NCBI RefSeq assembly: GCF_036365525.1
Contig: NC_090395.1
Span: 30,045,813 to 30,109,812, forward strand
Length of the DNA: 64,000 nt
Reading direction: 5' to 3'
DNA from: Heterodontus francisci
Taxonomy: Eukaryota
Shown: positions 1 through 13,400 of the stretch, in pieces
Position numbering within the stretch: the stretch's first letter is position 1
Layout: each line of letters begins with the position of its first letter
Notes under the pieces: model-generated
The model's input: the letters and a program-made list of their open reading frames with translations, nothing else
Databases searched by the model: none
Told to the model about the DNA's origin: nothing
Translations under genes and position numbers: made by a program

Positions 1-3000
1 CCTCCCCTCCCTGGTCTCTAGTATAAGTCTCCTCCGCTCCCTGTTCACCAATCTCAGTCTCCTCCCCTCCCTGTTCTCCGATCTCACTCTCCTCCCATCC
101 CTGTTCTCCAATCTCAGTCTCCTCCCCTCCCTGTTCTCCAATCTCAGTCTCCTCCACTCCCTGTTCTCCTATTTCAGTCTTCTCCACTCACTGTTCTCCA
201 ATCTCAGTCTCCTCCCATCCCTGTTCTCCAATCTCAGTCTCCTCCCATCCCTGTTCTCCAATCTGAGTCACCACCCCTCCAAGTTCTCCAATCTCAGTCT
301 CCTCCCCTCCCTGTTCTCCAATATCAGTCTCCTCCCCTCCCTGTTCTCCAATCTCAGTCTCCTCCCATCCCTGTTCTCCAATCTCAGTCTCCTCCCATCC
401 CTGTTCTCCAATCTCAGTCTCCTCCCCTCCCTGTTCTCCAATATCAGTCTCCTCCCCTCCCTGTTCTCCTATCTCACTCTTCTCCACTCCCTGCTCACCA
501 ATCTCAGTCTCCTCCCCTCCCTGATCTCCAATCTCAGTCTCCTCCCCTCCCTGTTCTCCAATCTCAGTCTCCTCCCCTCCCTGTTCTCCTATCTCAGTCT
601 CCTCCCATCCCTGTTCTCCAATCTGAGTCTCCTCCCCTCCCTGTTCTCCAATATCAGTCTCCTCCCCTCCCTGTTCTCCAATCTCAATCTCCTCCCCTAC
701 CTGTTCTCCAATCTCAGTCTCCTCCCCTCCCTGTTCTCCAATATCATTCTCCTCCCCTCCCTGTTCTCCAATCTCAATCTCCTCCCCTCCCTGTTCTCCA
801 ATCTCATTCTCCTCCCATCCCTGTTCTCCAATCTCAGTCTCCTCCCCTCCCTGTTCTCCAATCTCAGTCTCCTCCCCTCCCTGTTCTCCAATCTCAGTCT
901 CCTCCCCTCCCTGTTCTCCAATCTCAGTCTCCTCCCCTCCCTGTTCTCCTATCTCAGTCTCCTCCCATCCCTGTTCTCCAATCTGAGTCTCCTCCCCTCC
1001 CTGTTCTCCAATATCAGTCTCCTCCCCTCCCTGTTCTCCAATCTCAATCTCCTCCCCTACCTGTTCTCCAATCTCAGTCTCCTCCCCTCCCTGTTCTCCA
1101 ATATCATTCTCCTCCCCTCCCTGTTCTCCAATCTCAATCTCCTCCCCTCCCTGTTCTCCAATCTCATTCTCCTCCCATCCCTGTTCTCCAATCTCAGTCT
1201 CCTCCCCTCCCTGTTCTCCAATCTCAGTCTCCTCCCCTCCCTGTTCTCCAATCTCAGTCTCCTCCCCTCCCTGTTCTCCAATCTCAGTCTCCTCCCCTCC
1301 CTGTTCTCCAATCTCAGTCTCCTCCCCTCCCTGTTCTCCAATCTCAGTCTTCTCCACTCCCTGTTCTCCAATCTCAGTCTCCTTCCCTCCCTGTTCTCCA
1401 ATCTCAGTCTCCTCCCCTCCCTGTTCTCCAATCTCAGTCTCCTCCCCTCCCTGTTCTCCTATCTCAGTCTCCTCCCATCCCTGTTCTCCAATCTGAGTCT
1501 CCTCCCCTCCCTGTCTCCAATCTCAGTCTGCTCCCCACCCTGTTCTCCAGTCTCAGTCTCCTCCCCTCCCTGTTCTCCAATCTCAGTCTCCTCCCCTCCC
1601 TATTCTCCAATTGCAGTCTCCTCCCCTCCCTGTTCTCCAATCTCAGGCTGCTCCCCTCCGTGTTCTCCAAAATCAGTCTCCTCCATTCCCTGTTCTCCAA
1701 TCTCAGTCTCCTCCCATCCCTGCTCTCCAATCTCAGTCTCCTCCCCTCCCTGTTCTCCACTCTCATCCTCCTCCCCTCCCTGTTCTCCAATCTCAGTCTT
1801 CTCCCCTCCCTGTTCTCCAATCTCAGTCTCCTCCCCTCCCTTTTCTCCAATCTCAGTCTCCTCCCCTCGCTGTTCTCCAATCTCAGTCTCCTCCCCTCCC
1901 TGGTCTCTAGTATAAGTCTCCTCCGCTCCCTGTTCACCAATCTCAGTCTCCTCCCCTCCCTGTTCTCCAATCTCACTCTCCTCCCATCCCTGTTCTCCAA
2001 TCTCAGTCTCCTCCCCTCCCTGTTCTCCAATCTCAGTCTCCTCCACTCCCTGTTCTCCTATTTCAGTCTTCTCCACTCACAGTTCTCCAATCTCAGTCTC
2101 CTCCCATCCCTGTTCTCCAATCTCAGTCTCCTCCCATCCCTGTTCTCCAATCTGAGTCACCACCCCTCCAAGTTCTCCAATCTCAGTCTCCTCCCCTCCC
2201 TGTTCTCCAATATCAGTCTCCTCCCCTCCCTGTTCTCCAATCTCAGTCTCCTCCCATCCCTGTTCTCCAATCTCAGTCTCCTCCCATCCCTGTTCTCCAA
2301 TCTCAGTCTCCTCCCCTCCCTGTTCTCCAATATCAGTCTCCTCCCCTCCCTGTTCTCCTATCTCACTCTTCTCCACTCCCTGCTCTCCAATCTCAGTCTC
2401 CTCCCCTCCCTGTTCTCCAATCTCAGTCTCCTCCCCTCCCTGTTCTCCAATCTCAGTCTCCTCCCCTCTCTGTTCTCCTATCTCAGTCTCCTCCCATCCC
2501 TGTTCTCCAATCTGAGTCTCCTCCCCTCCCTGTTCTCCAATATCAGTCTCCTCCCCTCCCTGTTCTCCAATCTCAATCTCCTCCCCTCCCTGTTCTTCAA
2601 TCTCAGTCTCCTCCCCTCCCTGTTCTCCAATATCATTCTCCTCCCCTCCCTGTTCTCCAATCTCAATCTCCTCCCCTCCCTGTTCTCCAATCTCAGTCTC
2701 CTCCACTCCCATTTCTCCTATCTCAGTCTCCTCCCCTCCCTGTTCTCCAATATCAGTCTCCTCCCCTCCCTGTTCTCCAATCTCATTCTCCTCCCCTCCC
2801 TGTTCTCCAATATCAGTCTCCGCCACTCCCATTTCTCCTATCTCAGTCTTCTCCACTCCCTGTTCTCCAATCTCAGTCTCCTCCCCTCCCTGTTCTACAA
2901 TCTCAGTCTCCACCACTCCCTGGTCTCCAATATCATTCTCCTCCCCTCCCTGTTCTCCAATATCAGTCTCCTCCTCTCCCCTTTCTCCAATCTCAGTCTC

Positions 3001-6000
3001 CTCCCCACCCTATTCTCCAATCTCAGTCTGCTCCACTCCATGTTCTCCAAATCTCAGTCTCCAACCCTCCCTGGTCTCTAGTATCAGTCTCCTACCCTCC
3101 CTGTTCTCCAATCGAAGTCTATTTCCCTCCCTGTTCTCCAATATCAGTCTCCTCCCCTCCCTGTTCTCCAATATCAGTCTCCTCCCCTCCCTGTTCTCCA
3201 ATCTCAATGTCCTCCCCTCCCTGTTCTCCAATCTAAGTCTCCTACCTCCCGGTTCTCCAATGTCAGTCTCCTCCCCTCCCTTTTCTCCAATCTCAATCTC
3301 CTCCCCTCCCTGTTCTCCAATATCAGTCTCCTCCACTCCCATTTCTCCTATCTCAGTCTTCTCCACTCCCTGTTCTCCAATCTCAGTCTCCTCCCGTCCC
3401 TGTTCCCCAATATCTGTCTCCTCCCCTCCCTGTTCTCCAATCTCAGTCTCCTCTCCTCCCTGTTCTTCAATATCAGTCTCCTCCCCTCCCTGTTCTCCAA
3501 TCTCAGTCTCCTCCCCTCCCTGTTCTCCAATCTCAGTCTCCTCCCCTCGCTGTTCTCCAATCTCAGTCTCCTCCCCTCCCTGGTCTCTAGTATAAGTCTC
3601 CTCCGCTCCCTGTTCACCAATCTCAGTCTCCTCCCCTCCCTGTTCTCCAATCTCACTCTCCTCCCATCCCTGTTCTCCAATCTCAGTCTCCTCCCCTCCC
3701 TGTTCTCCAATATCAGTCTCCTCCACTCCCTGTTCTCCTATTTCAGTCTTCTCCACTCACTGTTCTCCAATCTCAGTCTCCTCCCATCCCTGTTCTCCAA
3801 TCTCAGTCTCCTCCCATCCCTGTTCTCCAATCTGAGTCACCACCCCTCCAAGTTCTCCAATCTCAGTCTCCTCCCCTCCCTGTTCTCCAATATCAGTCTC
3901 CTCCCCTCCCTGTTCTCCAATCTCAGTCTCCTCCCATCCCTGTTCTCCAATCTCAGTCTCCTCCCATCCCTGTTCTCCAATCTCAGTCTCCTCCCCTCCC
4001 TGTTCTCCAATATCAGTCTCCTCCCCTCCCTGTTCTCCTATCTCACTCTTCTCCACTCCCTGCTCTCCAATCTCAGTCTCCTCCCCTCCCTGTTCTCCAA
4101 TATCAGTCTCCTCCCCTCCCTGTTCTCCTATCTCACTCTTCTCCACTCCCTGCTCTCCAATCTCAGTCTCCTCCCCTCCCTGTTCTCCAATCTCAGTCTC
4201 CTCCCCTCCCTGTTCTCCAATCTCAGTCTCCTCCCCTCTCTGTTCTCCTATCTCAGTCTCCTCCCATCCCTGTTCTCCAATCTGAGTCTCCTCCCCTCCC
4301 TGTTCTCCAATATCAGTCTCCTCCCCTCCCTTTTCTCCAATCTCAGTCTCCTCCCCTCCCTGTTCTCCAATATCATTCTCCTCCCCTCCCTGTTCTCCAA
4401 TCTCAATCTCCTCCCCTCCCTGTTCTCCAATCTCAGTCTCCTCCACTCCCATTTCTCCTATCTCAGTCTCCTCCCCTCCCTGTTCTCCAATATCAGTCTC
4501 CTCCCCTCCCTGTTCTCCAATCTCATTCTCCTCCCCTCCCTGTTCTCCAATATCAGTCTCCGCCACTCCCATTTCTCCTATCTCAGTCTTCTCCACTCCC
4601 TGTTCTCCAATCTCAGTCTCCTCCCCTCCCTGTTCTACAATCTCAGTCTCCACCACTCCCTGGTCTCCAATATCATTCTCCTCCCCTCCCTGTTCTCCAA
4701 TATCAGTCTCCTCCTCTCCCCTTTCTCCAATCTCAGTCTCCTCCCCACCCTATTCTCCAATCTCAGTCTGCTCCACTCCATGTTCTCCAAATCTCAGTCT
4801 CCAACCCTCCCTGGTCTCTAGTATCAGTCTCCTACCCTCCCTGTTCTCCAATCGAAGTCTATTTCCCTCCCTGTTCTCCAATATCAGTCTCCTCCCCTCC
4901 CTGTTCTCCAATATCAGTCTCCTCCCCTCCCTGTTCTCCAATCTCAATCTCCTCCCCTCCCTGTTCTCCAATCTAAGTCTCCTACCTCCCTGTTCTCCAA
5001 TGTCAGTCTCCTCCCCTCCCTTTTCTCCAATCTCAATCTCCTCCCCTCCCTGTTCTCCAATATCAGTCTCCTCCACTCCCATTTCTCCTATCTCAGTCTT
5101 CTCCACTCCCTGTTCTCCAATCTCAGTCTCCTCCCGTCCCTGTTCCCCAATATCTGTCTCCTCCCCTCCCTGTTCTCCAATCTCAGTCTCCTCTCCTCCC
5201 TGTTCTTCAATATCAGTCTCCTCCCCTCCCTGTTCTCCAATCTCAGTCTCCTCCCCTCCCTGTTCTCCAATCTCAGTCTCCTCCCCTCGCTGTTCTCCAA
5301 TCTCAGTCTCCTCCCCTCCCTGGTCTCTAGTATAAGTCTCCTCCGCTCCCTGTTCACCAATCTCAGTCTCCTCCCCTCCCTGTTCTCCGATCTCACTCTC
5401 CTCCCATCCCTGTTCTCCAATCTCAGTCTCCTCCCCTCCCTGGTCTCCAATCTCAGTCTCCTCCACTCCCTGTTCTCCTATTTCAGTCTTCTCCACTCCC
5501 TGTTCTCCAATCTCAGTCTCCTCCCATCCCTGTTCTCCAATCTCAGTCTCCTCCCATCCCTGTTCTTCAATCTGAGTCACCACCCCTCCAAGTTCTCCAA
5601 TATCTGTCTCCTCCCCTCGCTGTTCTCCAATCTCAGTCTCCTCCCCTCCCTGCTCTCCAATATCAGTCTCCTCCCCTCCCTGTTCTCCAATCTCAGTCTC
5701 CTCCCATCCCTGTTCTCCAATCTCATTCTCCTCCCATCCCTGTTCTCCAATCTCAGTCTCCTCCCCTCCCTGTTCTCCAATCTCATTCTCCTCCCCTCCC
5801 TGTTCTCCTATCTCAGTCTTCTCCACTCCCTGCTCTGCAATCTCAGTCTCCTCCACTCCCTGTTCTCCAATCTCAGTCTCCTCCCCTCCCTGTTCTCCAA
5901 TATCAGTCTCCTCCCCTCCCTGTTCTCCTATCTCAGTCTCCTCCATTCCCTGTTCTCCAATCTGAGTCTCCTCCCCTCCCTGTTCTCCAATATCAGTCTC

Positions 6001-9000
6001 CTTCCCTCCCTGTTCTCCAATCTCAATCTCCTCCCCTCCCTGTTCTCCAATCTCAGTCTCCTCCCCTCCCTGTTCTCCAATATCAGTCTCCTCCCCTCCC
6101 TGTTCTCCAATCTCAATCTCCTCCCCTCCCTTTTCTCCAATCTCAGTCTCCTCCACTCCCATTTCTCCTATCTCAGTCTCCTCCCCTCCCTGTTCTCCAA
6201 TATCAGTCTCCTCCCCTTCCTGTTCTCCAATATTAGTCTCCTCCCCTCCCTGTTCTCCAATCTCATTCTCCTCCCCTCCCTGTTCTCCAATATCAGTCTC
6301 CGCCACACCCATTTCTCCTATCTCAGTCTTCTCCACTCCCTGTTCTCCAATCTCAGTCTCCTCCCATGCCTGTTCTACAATCTCAGTCTCCACCACTCCC
6401 TGGTCTCCAATATCAGTCTCCTCCCCTCCCTGTTCTCCAATATCAGTCTCCTCCTCTCCCCTTTCTCCAATCTCAGTCTCCTCCCCACCCTATTCTCCAA
6501 TCTCAGTCTCGTCCACTCCATGTTCTCCAAATCTCAGTCTCCACCCCTCCCTGTTCTCTAGTATCAGTCTCCTACCCTCCCTGTTCTCCAATCTAACTCT
6601 ATTCCCCTCGCTGTTCTCCAATATCAGTCTCCTCCCCTCCCTCTTCTCCAATATCAGTCTCCTCCCCTCCCTGTTCTCCAATCTCAATCTCCTCCCCTCC
6701 CTGTTCTCCAATCTCAGTCTCCTCCCCTCCCTGTTCTCCAATATCAGTCTCCTCCCCTCCCTGTTCTCCAATCTCAATCTCCTCCCCTCCCTGTTCTCCA
6801 ATCTCAGTCTCCTCCACTCCCATTTCTCCTATCTCAGTCTTCTCCACTCCCTGTTCTCCAATCTCAGTCTCCTCCCGTCCCTGTTCCCCAATATCTGTCT
6901 CCTCCCCTCCCTGTTCTCCAATCTCAGTCTCCTCTCCTCCCTGTTCTTCAATATCAGTCTCCTCCCCTCCCTGTTCTCCAATCTCAGTCTCCTCCCCTCC
7001 CTGTTCTCCAATATCAGTCTCCTCCCCTCCCTGTTCTCCAATCTCAATCTCCTCCCGTCCCTGTTCTCCAATCTCAGTCTCCTCCACTCCCATTTCTCCT
7101 ATCTCAGTCTTCTCCACTCCCTGTTCTCCAATCTCAGTCTCCTCCCGTCCCTGTTCCCCAATATCTGTCTCCTCCCCTCCCTGTTCTCCAATCTCAGTCT
7201 CCTCTCCTCCCTGTTCTTCAATATCAGTCTCCTCCCCTCCCTGTTCTCCAATCTCAGTCTCCTCCCCTCCCTGTTCTCCAATCAGTCTTCTCCCCTCCCT
7301 GTTCTCCAATCTCAATCTCCTCCCCTCCCTGGTCTCTAGTATCAGTCTCCTACCCTCCCTGTTCTCTAATCTAAGTCTATTCCCCTCCCTGTTCTCCAAT
7401 ATCGGTCTCCTCCACTCCCATTTCTCCGATCTTAGTCTTCTCCACTCCCTGTTCTCCAATCTCAGTCTCCTCCCCTGCCTGTTCTCCAATCTCAGTCTCC
7501 TCCCCTCCCTGTTCTCCAATATCAGTCTCCTCCCCTCCCTGTTCTCCAATATCAGTCTCCTCCCCTCCCTGTTCTCCAATATTAGTCTCCTCCCCTCCCT
7601 GTTCTCCACTCTCATTCTCCTCCCCTCCCTGTTCTCCAATGTCAGTCTCCGCCACTCCCATTTCTCCTATCTCAGTCTTCTCCACTCCTTGTTCTCCAAT
7701 CTCAGTCTCCTCCCCTGCCTGTTCTACAATCTCATTCTCCACCGCTCCCTTGTCTCCAATATCAGTCTCCTCCCCTCCCTGTTCTCCAATATCAGTCTCC
7801 TCCTCTCCCCTTTCTCCAATCTCAGTCTCCTCCCCACCCTATTCTCCAATCTCAGTCTCGTCCAATCCATGTTCTCCAAATCTCAGTCTCCACCCCTCCC
7901 TGGTCTCTAGTATCAGTCTCCTACCCTCCCTGTTCTCCAATCTAAGTCTATTCCCCTCCCTGTTCTCCAATATCAGTCTCCTCCCCTCCCTGTTCTCCAA
8001 TATCAGTCTCCTCCCCTCCCTGTTCTCCAATCTCAATCTCCTCCCCTCCCTGTTCTCCAATCTCAGTCTCCTCCCCTCCCTGTTCTCCAATATCAGTCTC
8101 CTCCCCTCCCTGTTCTCCAATCTCAATCTCCTCCCCTCCCTGTTCTCCAATCTCAGTCTCCTCCACTCCCATTTCTCCTATCTCAGTCTTCTCCACTCCC
8201 TGTTCTCCAATCTCAGTCTCCTCCACTCCCATTTCTCCTATCTCAGTCTTCTCCACTCCCTGTTCTCCAATCTCAGTCTCCTCCCGTCCCTGTTCCCCAA
8301 TATCTGTCTCCTCCCCTCCCTGTTCTCCAATCCCAGTCTCCTCTCCTCCCTGTTCTTCAATATCAGTCTCCTCCCCTCCCTGTTCTCCAATCTCAGTCTC
8401 CTCCCCTCCCTGTTCTCCAATATCAGCCTCCTCCACTCCCTGTTCTCCAATCTCAATCTCCTCCCCTCCCTGGTCTCTAGTATCAGTCTCCTACCCTCCC
8501 TGTTCTCTAATCTAAGTCTATTCCCCTCCCTGTTCTCCAATATCAGTCTCCTCCACTCCCATTTCTCCGATCTTAGTCTTCTCCACTCCCTGTTCTCCAA
8601 TCTCAGTCTCCTCCCCTGCCTGTTCTCCAATCTCAGTCTCCTTCCCTCCCTGTTCTCCAATATCAGTCTCCTCCCCTCCCTGTTCTCCAATCTCAGTCTC
8701 CTCCCCTCCCTGTTCTCCAATATTAGTCTCCTCCCCTCCCTGTTCTCCAATCTCATTCTCCTCCCCTCCCTGTTCTCCAATGTCAGTCTCCGCCACTCCC
8801 ATTTCTCCTATCTCAGTCTTCTCCACTCCCTGTTCTCCAATCTCAGTCTCCTGCCCTGCCTGTTCTACAATCTCATTCTCCACCGCTCCCTTGTCTCCAA
8901 TATCAGTCTCCTCCCCTCCCTGTTCTCCAATATCAGTCTCCTCCTCTCCCCTTTCTCCAATCTCAGTCTCCTCCCCACCCTATTCTCCAATCTCAGTCTC

Positions 9001-10757
9001 GTCCACTCCATGTTCTCCAAATCTCAGTCTCCACCCCTCCCTGGTCTCTAGTATCAGTCTCCTCCCCTCCCTGTTCTCCAATCTAAGTCTATTCCCCTCC
9101 CTGTTCTCCAATATCAGTCTCCTCCCCTCCCTGTTCTCCAATATCAGTCTCCTCCCCTCCCTGTTCTCCAATCTCAATCTCCTCCCCTCCCTGTTCTCCA
9201 ATCTCAGTCTCCTCCCCTCCCTGTTCTCCAATATCAGTCTCCTCCCCTCCCTGTTCTCCAATCTCAATCTCCTCCCCTCCCTGTTCTCCAATCTCAGTCT
9301 CCTCCACTCCCATTTCTCCTATCTCAGTCTTCTCCACTCCCTGTTCTCCAATCTCAGTCTCCTCCACTCCCATTTCTCCTATCTCAGTCTTCTCCACTCC
9401 CTGTTCTCCAGTCTCAGTCTCCTCCCGTCCCTGTTCCCCAATATCTGTCTCCTCCCCTCCCTGTTCTCCAATCTCAGTCTCCTCTCCTCCCTGTTCTTCA
9501 ATATCAGTCTCCTCCCCTCCCTGTTCTCCAATCTCAGACTCCTCCCCTCCCTGTTCTCCAATATCAGCCTCCTCCACTCCCTGTTCTCCAATCTCAATCT
9601 CCTCCCCTCCCTGTTCTCCAATCTCAATCTCCTCCCCTCCCTGTTCTCCAATCTCAGTCTCCTCCACTCCCTGGTCTCCAATCTCAGTCTCTTCCCCTCC
9701 CTGTTCTCCAATATCAGTCTCCTCCACTCCCATTTCTCCGATCTTAGTCTTCTCCACTCCCTGTTCTCCAATCTCAGTCTCCTCCCCTGCCTGTTCTCCA
9801 ATCTCAGTCTCCTCCCCTCCCTGTTCTCCAATATCAGTCTCCTCCCCTCCCTGTTCTCCAATATCAGTCTCCTCCCCTCCCTGTTCTCCAATATTAGTCT
9901 CCACCTCTCCCTGTTCTCCAATCTCATTCTCCTCCCCTCCCTGTTCTCCAATATCAGTCTCCGCCACTCCCATTTCTCCTATCTCAGTCTTCTCCACTCC
10001 CTGTTCTCCAATCTCAGTCTCCTGCCCTGCCTGTTCTTCAATCTCATTCTCCACCGCTCCCTTGTCTCTAATATCAGTCTCCTCCCCTCCCTGTTCTCCA
10101 ATATCAGTCTCCTCCTCTCCCCTTTCTCCAATCTCAGTCTCCTCCCCACCCTATTCTCCAATCTCAGTCTCCTCCACTCCATGTTCTCCAAATCTCAGTC
10201 TCCACCCCTCCCTGGTCTCTAGTATCAGTCTCCTACCCTTCCTGTTCTCCAATCTAAGTCTATTCCCCTCCCTGTTCTCCAATATCATTCTCCTCCCCTC
10301 CCTGTTCTCCAATATCAGTCTCCTCCCCTCCCTGTTCTCCAATCTCAATCTCCTCCCCTCCCTGTTCTCCAATATCAGTCTCCTCCCCTCCCTGTTCTCC
10401 AATATCAGTCTCCTCCCCTCCCTGTTCTCCAATATCAGTCTCCTCCCCTCCCTGTTCTCCAATCTCAATCTCCTCCCCTCCCTGTTCTCCAATATCAGTC
10501 TCCTCCCCTCCCTGTTCTCCAATATCAGTCTCCTCCCCTCCCTGTTCTCCAATCTCAATCTCCTCCACTCCCTGTTCTCCAATCTCAGTCTCCTCCCCAT
10601 CCTGTTCTCCAATCTCAGTCTCCTCCCCTCCCTGTTCTTTTGCATCAGTCTCCTCCCCTCCCTGTTCTCTAATCTCAGTCTCCTCCCCTCCCTGTTCTCT
10701 AATCTCAGTCTCCTCCCCTCACTGTTCTCTAGTATCAGTCTCCTCCCCTCCCTGTAT
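1..10757. repeat. 30-bp tandem satellite/minisatellite, ~358 monomers, consensus CCAATCTCAGTCTCCTCCCCTCCCTGTTCT, with higher-order structure; continues off the left edge
   Basis: Direct 30-bp periodicity with occasional 28/29/31-bp monomers; degenerates at ~10640-10757. All ORFs here (EETEIGEQGG, RRLRLENREG, SNLSLLPSLF) are translations of the unit. Confidence 0.98.
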
Positions 10758-11029
10758 TATCGTATGTGTCCTTCTATTAAGTCCAATGAGGGCGTATTTC
10801 AAAGAACTTTCTGCAACATGGGAAATAAAATTTGTGAATCATTTCCAGATGAAATGAATTAAAATGCAGCGAATTGAAATTCAGCTTGTATGGATCCTTG
10901 ATTAGACCATATTTGGTCTCCACATTATAAAATGGAAAACATACAATCATAATTTGCAATTATGATACCAGAACTGAGAGGCTTTAACAGGAAATGTTCA
11001 ACAGGCTGGGCGGGGGAGGGGGCGTCTTT

Positions 11030-11188
11030 TCTCCAGATATGAGATATGTAGAGTTCTTTAAAATTGTGGATGTGTGTGATCGGGTAGACCCAGAGACACT
11101 TGTAGGAGAGTCCAAAGCTAGAGGCCATAAATATAAGATCGACTCTAATACATCGAATAGGGAATTCAGGGGAAAAATCGTTACCCCG
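11030..11188 (+). mobile_element. Old CR1 LINE 3' fragment, left part (split by a later LINE insertion)
   Basis: Translation FKIVDVCDRVDPETLVGESKARGHKYKI..NREFR resembles the CR1 ORF2 C-terminus (compare 20486-21100 'LDRVDVERLFPLVGESRTRGH'); continues at 11919. Confidence 0.75.
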
Positions 11189-11918
11189 AAAAGAGAGAAT
11201 CCAACCATCTCCTCTTGACATTCAGTGGGATTACGATCGCTGAATCCTCCACTATCAACATCCTAGGTGTTACCATTGACCAGAAACTGAACTGGAGTAG
11301 CCATCTAAATACTGTGGCTACAAGAGCAGGTCAGAGGCTAGGAATCCTGCAGCGAGTAACTCACCTCTTGACTCCCCAAAGCCTGTCCACCATCTACAAG
11401 GCACAAGTCAGGAGTGTGATGCAATATTCTCCACTTGCCTGGATGGGTGCAGCTCCAACAACACTCAAGAAGCTCGACACCATCCAGGACAAAGCAGCCC
11501 ACTTGTTTGGCACCCTATCTGCAAATATTCACTCCGTCCACCACCGACACACAGTGGCAGCAGTGTGTACCATCTGCAAGATGCACTGCAGCAATGCACC
11601 AAGGCTCCATCGACAGCATCTTCCAAACCCGTGACCTCTACCACCTAAAGGGACAAGGCAGCAGATGCATGGGAACACCACCACCTGCAAGTTCCCCTCC
11701 AAGTCACAAACCATCCTGACTTGGAACTATATCGCTGTTCCTTCACTGTCACTGTGTCAAAATCCTGGAACTCCCTTCCTAACAGCACTGTGGGTGTACC
11801 TACCTCACATGGACTGCAGCGGTTCATGAATGCAGCTCACCACCACCTTCTCAAGGGCATTTCGGGATGGACAATAAATGCTGGCAACGCCCACATCTCA
11901 TGTACGAATAAAAAAAAC
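11189..11918 (+). mobile_element. 5'-truncated copy of the tRNA-headed LINE family (RT C-terminus, 3' UTR, A tail)
   Basis: ORF 11215-11634 GVTIDQKLNWSSH..YKAQVRSVMQYSPLAW matches 37956-38405; ends ..cccacatctcatgtacgaataaaaaaaa. Confidence 0.9.
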
Positions 11919-12130
11919 TCAGAGCCTGGTTAAACTGTGGAACTCACTGCCACAAGAAGTAGTTGAGGTGACCAGCAGAGTTGCATTTAAGGGGAAGTTA
12001 GATGAATACATGAAGGTGGGGGAAGAATTAGGATATGTTGAAGAGGTTAGATGAAGACGCTTGTGTGGAGCATAAATATTGGCATGGACCGGTTTAGCTG
12101 AATGTCCTGTGCTGTAAATTTGGTGTAATT
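11919..12130 (+). mobile_element. Old CR1 LINE 3' fragment, right part
   Basis: 'ctgtggaactcactgccacaagaagtagttgag' = LWNSLPQEVVE, followed by a CR1-type 3' UTR. Confidence 0.75.
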
Positions 12131-13144
12131 CGATGTAAGTTCTTGGTGATAATTAGAAACATAAATCCCAGATTTGAATGCAGCCTGGAAACCAGTGAAA
12201 TGATCAGATCTGGGGAAGGGGATTGAGATTATTATCATCACTGACTCATCGACAGAGAAACTTGAATCTGTGAAATGTTAGTTTTAGATGTTTAAAGTGC
12301 TTTCCAGGAAAGTAGAACAGATGCACTTTAAATAATGCTTTTCAGTGCAAAGAACTAACAGATTTAGGTCCCGATGGTTAAGTCGCACAGATGAGTTATA
12401 TTTAATGTGTTTTTCCAATTGCCATTTAATAATGACTGCAGTTAAAACAAATTACAAAGTAAGATGTGCGAATCTAAATGACACCAAAAGGTACAGCTGT
12501 CACCTTTGATTGATTTTCACAAAGGGTAGTATTCATGAAATGTAAAAGCAATTTTTCACTGGTTCGATGTTGACATGAGGGATAAATTATGCAGTGTTTA
12601 TCAAAAGGAATATTGGCACATGACATTATGTTCACCAATTATCAGAATGCCAAACAGCTCTTTAGAAAACATTAAACCTGTTTTTTTTCCCCTGATGAAT
12701 CAGTGTTTGCATTTGAGAAGCACCATTCATTTCAGTCTCATTAAATACAACAACCACTGGGACCCATCAAGTAAGTTTCTTTTCCCTAAAATGATTACTC
12801 CTGACTATTTTCAATTCTTAATAGTTTCCTGAAAGAGAATATCTTTAGGCGTTTAAAGACGTTTGGTAATGTAGTGGCTATGTTCCTGAATCCAAGGGAT
12901 TGGGACTAATAATCCTAGAAGGGAATATGGGCGTGAAATTGAGTTGCAAAGTGGTGCTCTGGAGGCCTACCGTGGGTTTCTGTGTGCACGATGCTCTGCT
13001 GGCTGTTTCCTCCATGGCCCGCAGCATTACTGAAGTGTACTGGTGCATCCAGATATGTCTCTGCCTGCAGCCGAAGACTTTTCATGCACGCGATCCTGGC
13101 ATTAGTAACCCGAATGGGCTGATGCAATGCCAGGGTACCAAATC

Positions 13145-13400
13145 TGGCTGTGACTCAGTAGATAGCACTCTCGCCTCTGAGTCAGAAGGTTGTGGGTTTA
13201 TCTCCCACTCCAGGGCTTGAGCACGACAATCAAGGCTGACACTCCAATGCAGTTCTCCGGGGGTGCGACACTGTTGGAGGTGCTGTCTTTTGATGAGATG
13301 TCAAACTGAAGCTCAGTTTGTCCTGTCAGGTGGATGTAAAAGATTCCACCGCACTATTTTGAAGAAGAGGAGCAAATAAATGTCCCATATCCCCCCCTAA
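13145..13400 (+). mobile_element. DeuSINE (SacSINE1-like), 3' truncated
   Basis: tRNA head 'gactcagtagatagcactctcgcctctgagtcagaaggttgtgggtt' and Deu-domain-like 'caggtggatgtaaaagattcc..cactattttgaagaagag'. Confidence 0.8.

Noticed and set aside
188-10645. Long acidic (EETEIGEQGG)n and other ORFs as a repetitive protein gene
   Set aside because: These follow from a stop-free 30-bp unit. Several frames on both strands are open, stops and frameshifting monomers recur with the higher-order period, and no unique coding flank was found. Paired +1/-1 indels at ~3050/3245 restore the frame, but a stop follows at 3010.
1-10757. CRISPR array, Ig switch region, or PRDM9 CCTCCCT hotspot motif
   Set aside because: There are no spacers, no Ig exons and no AGCT-rich repeats. 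The 7-mer is specific to human PRDM9 alleles and is expected by chance in a C/T-rich unit.
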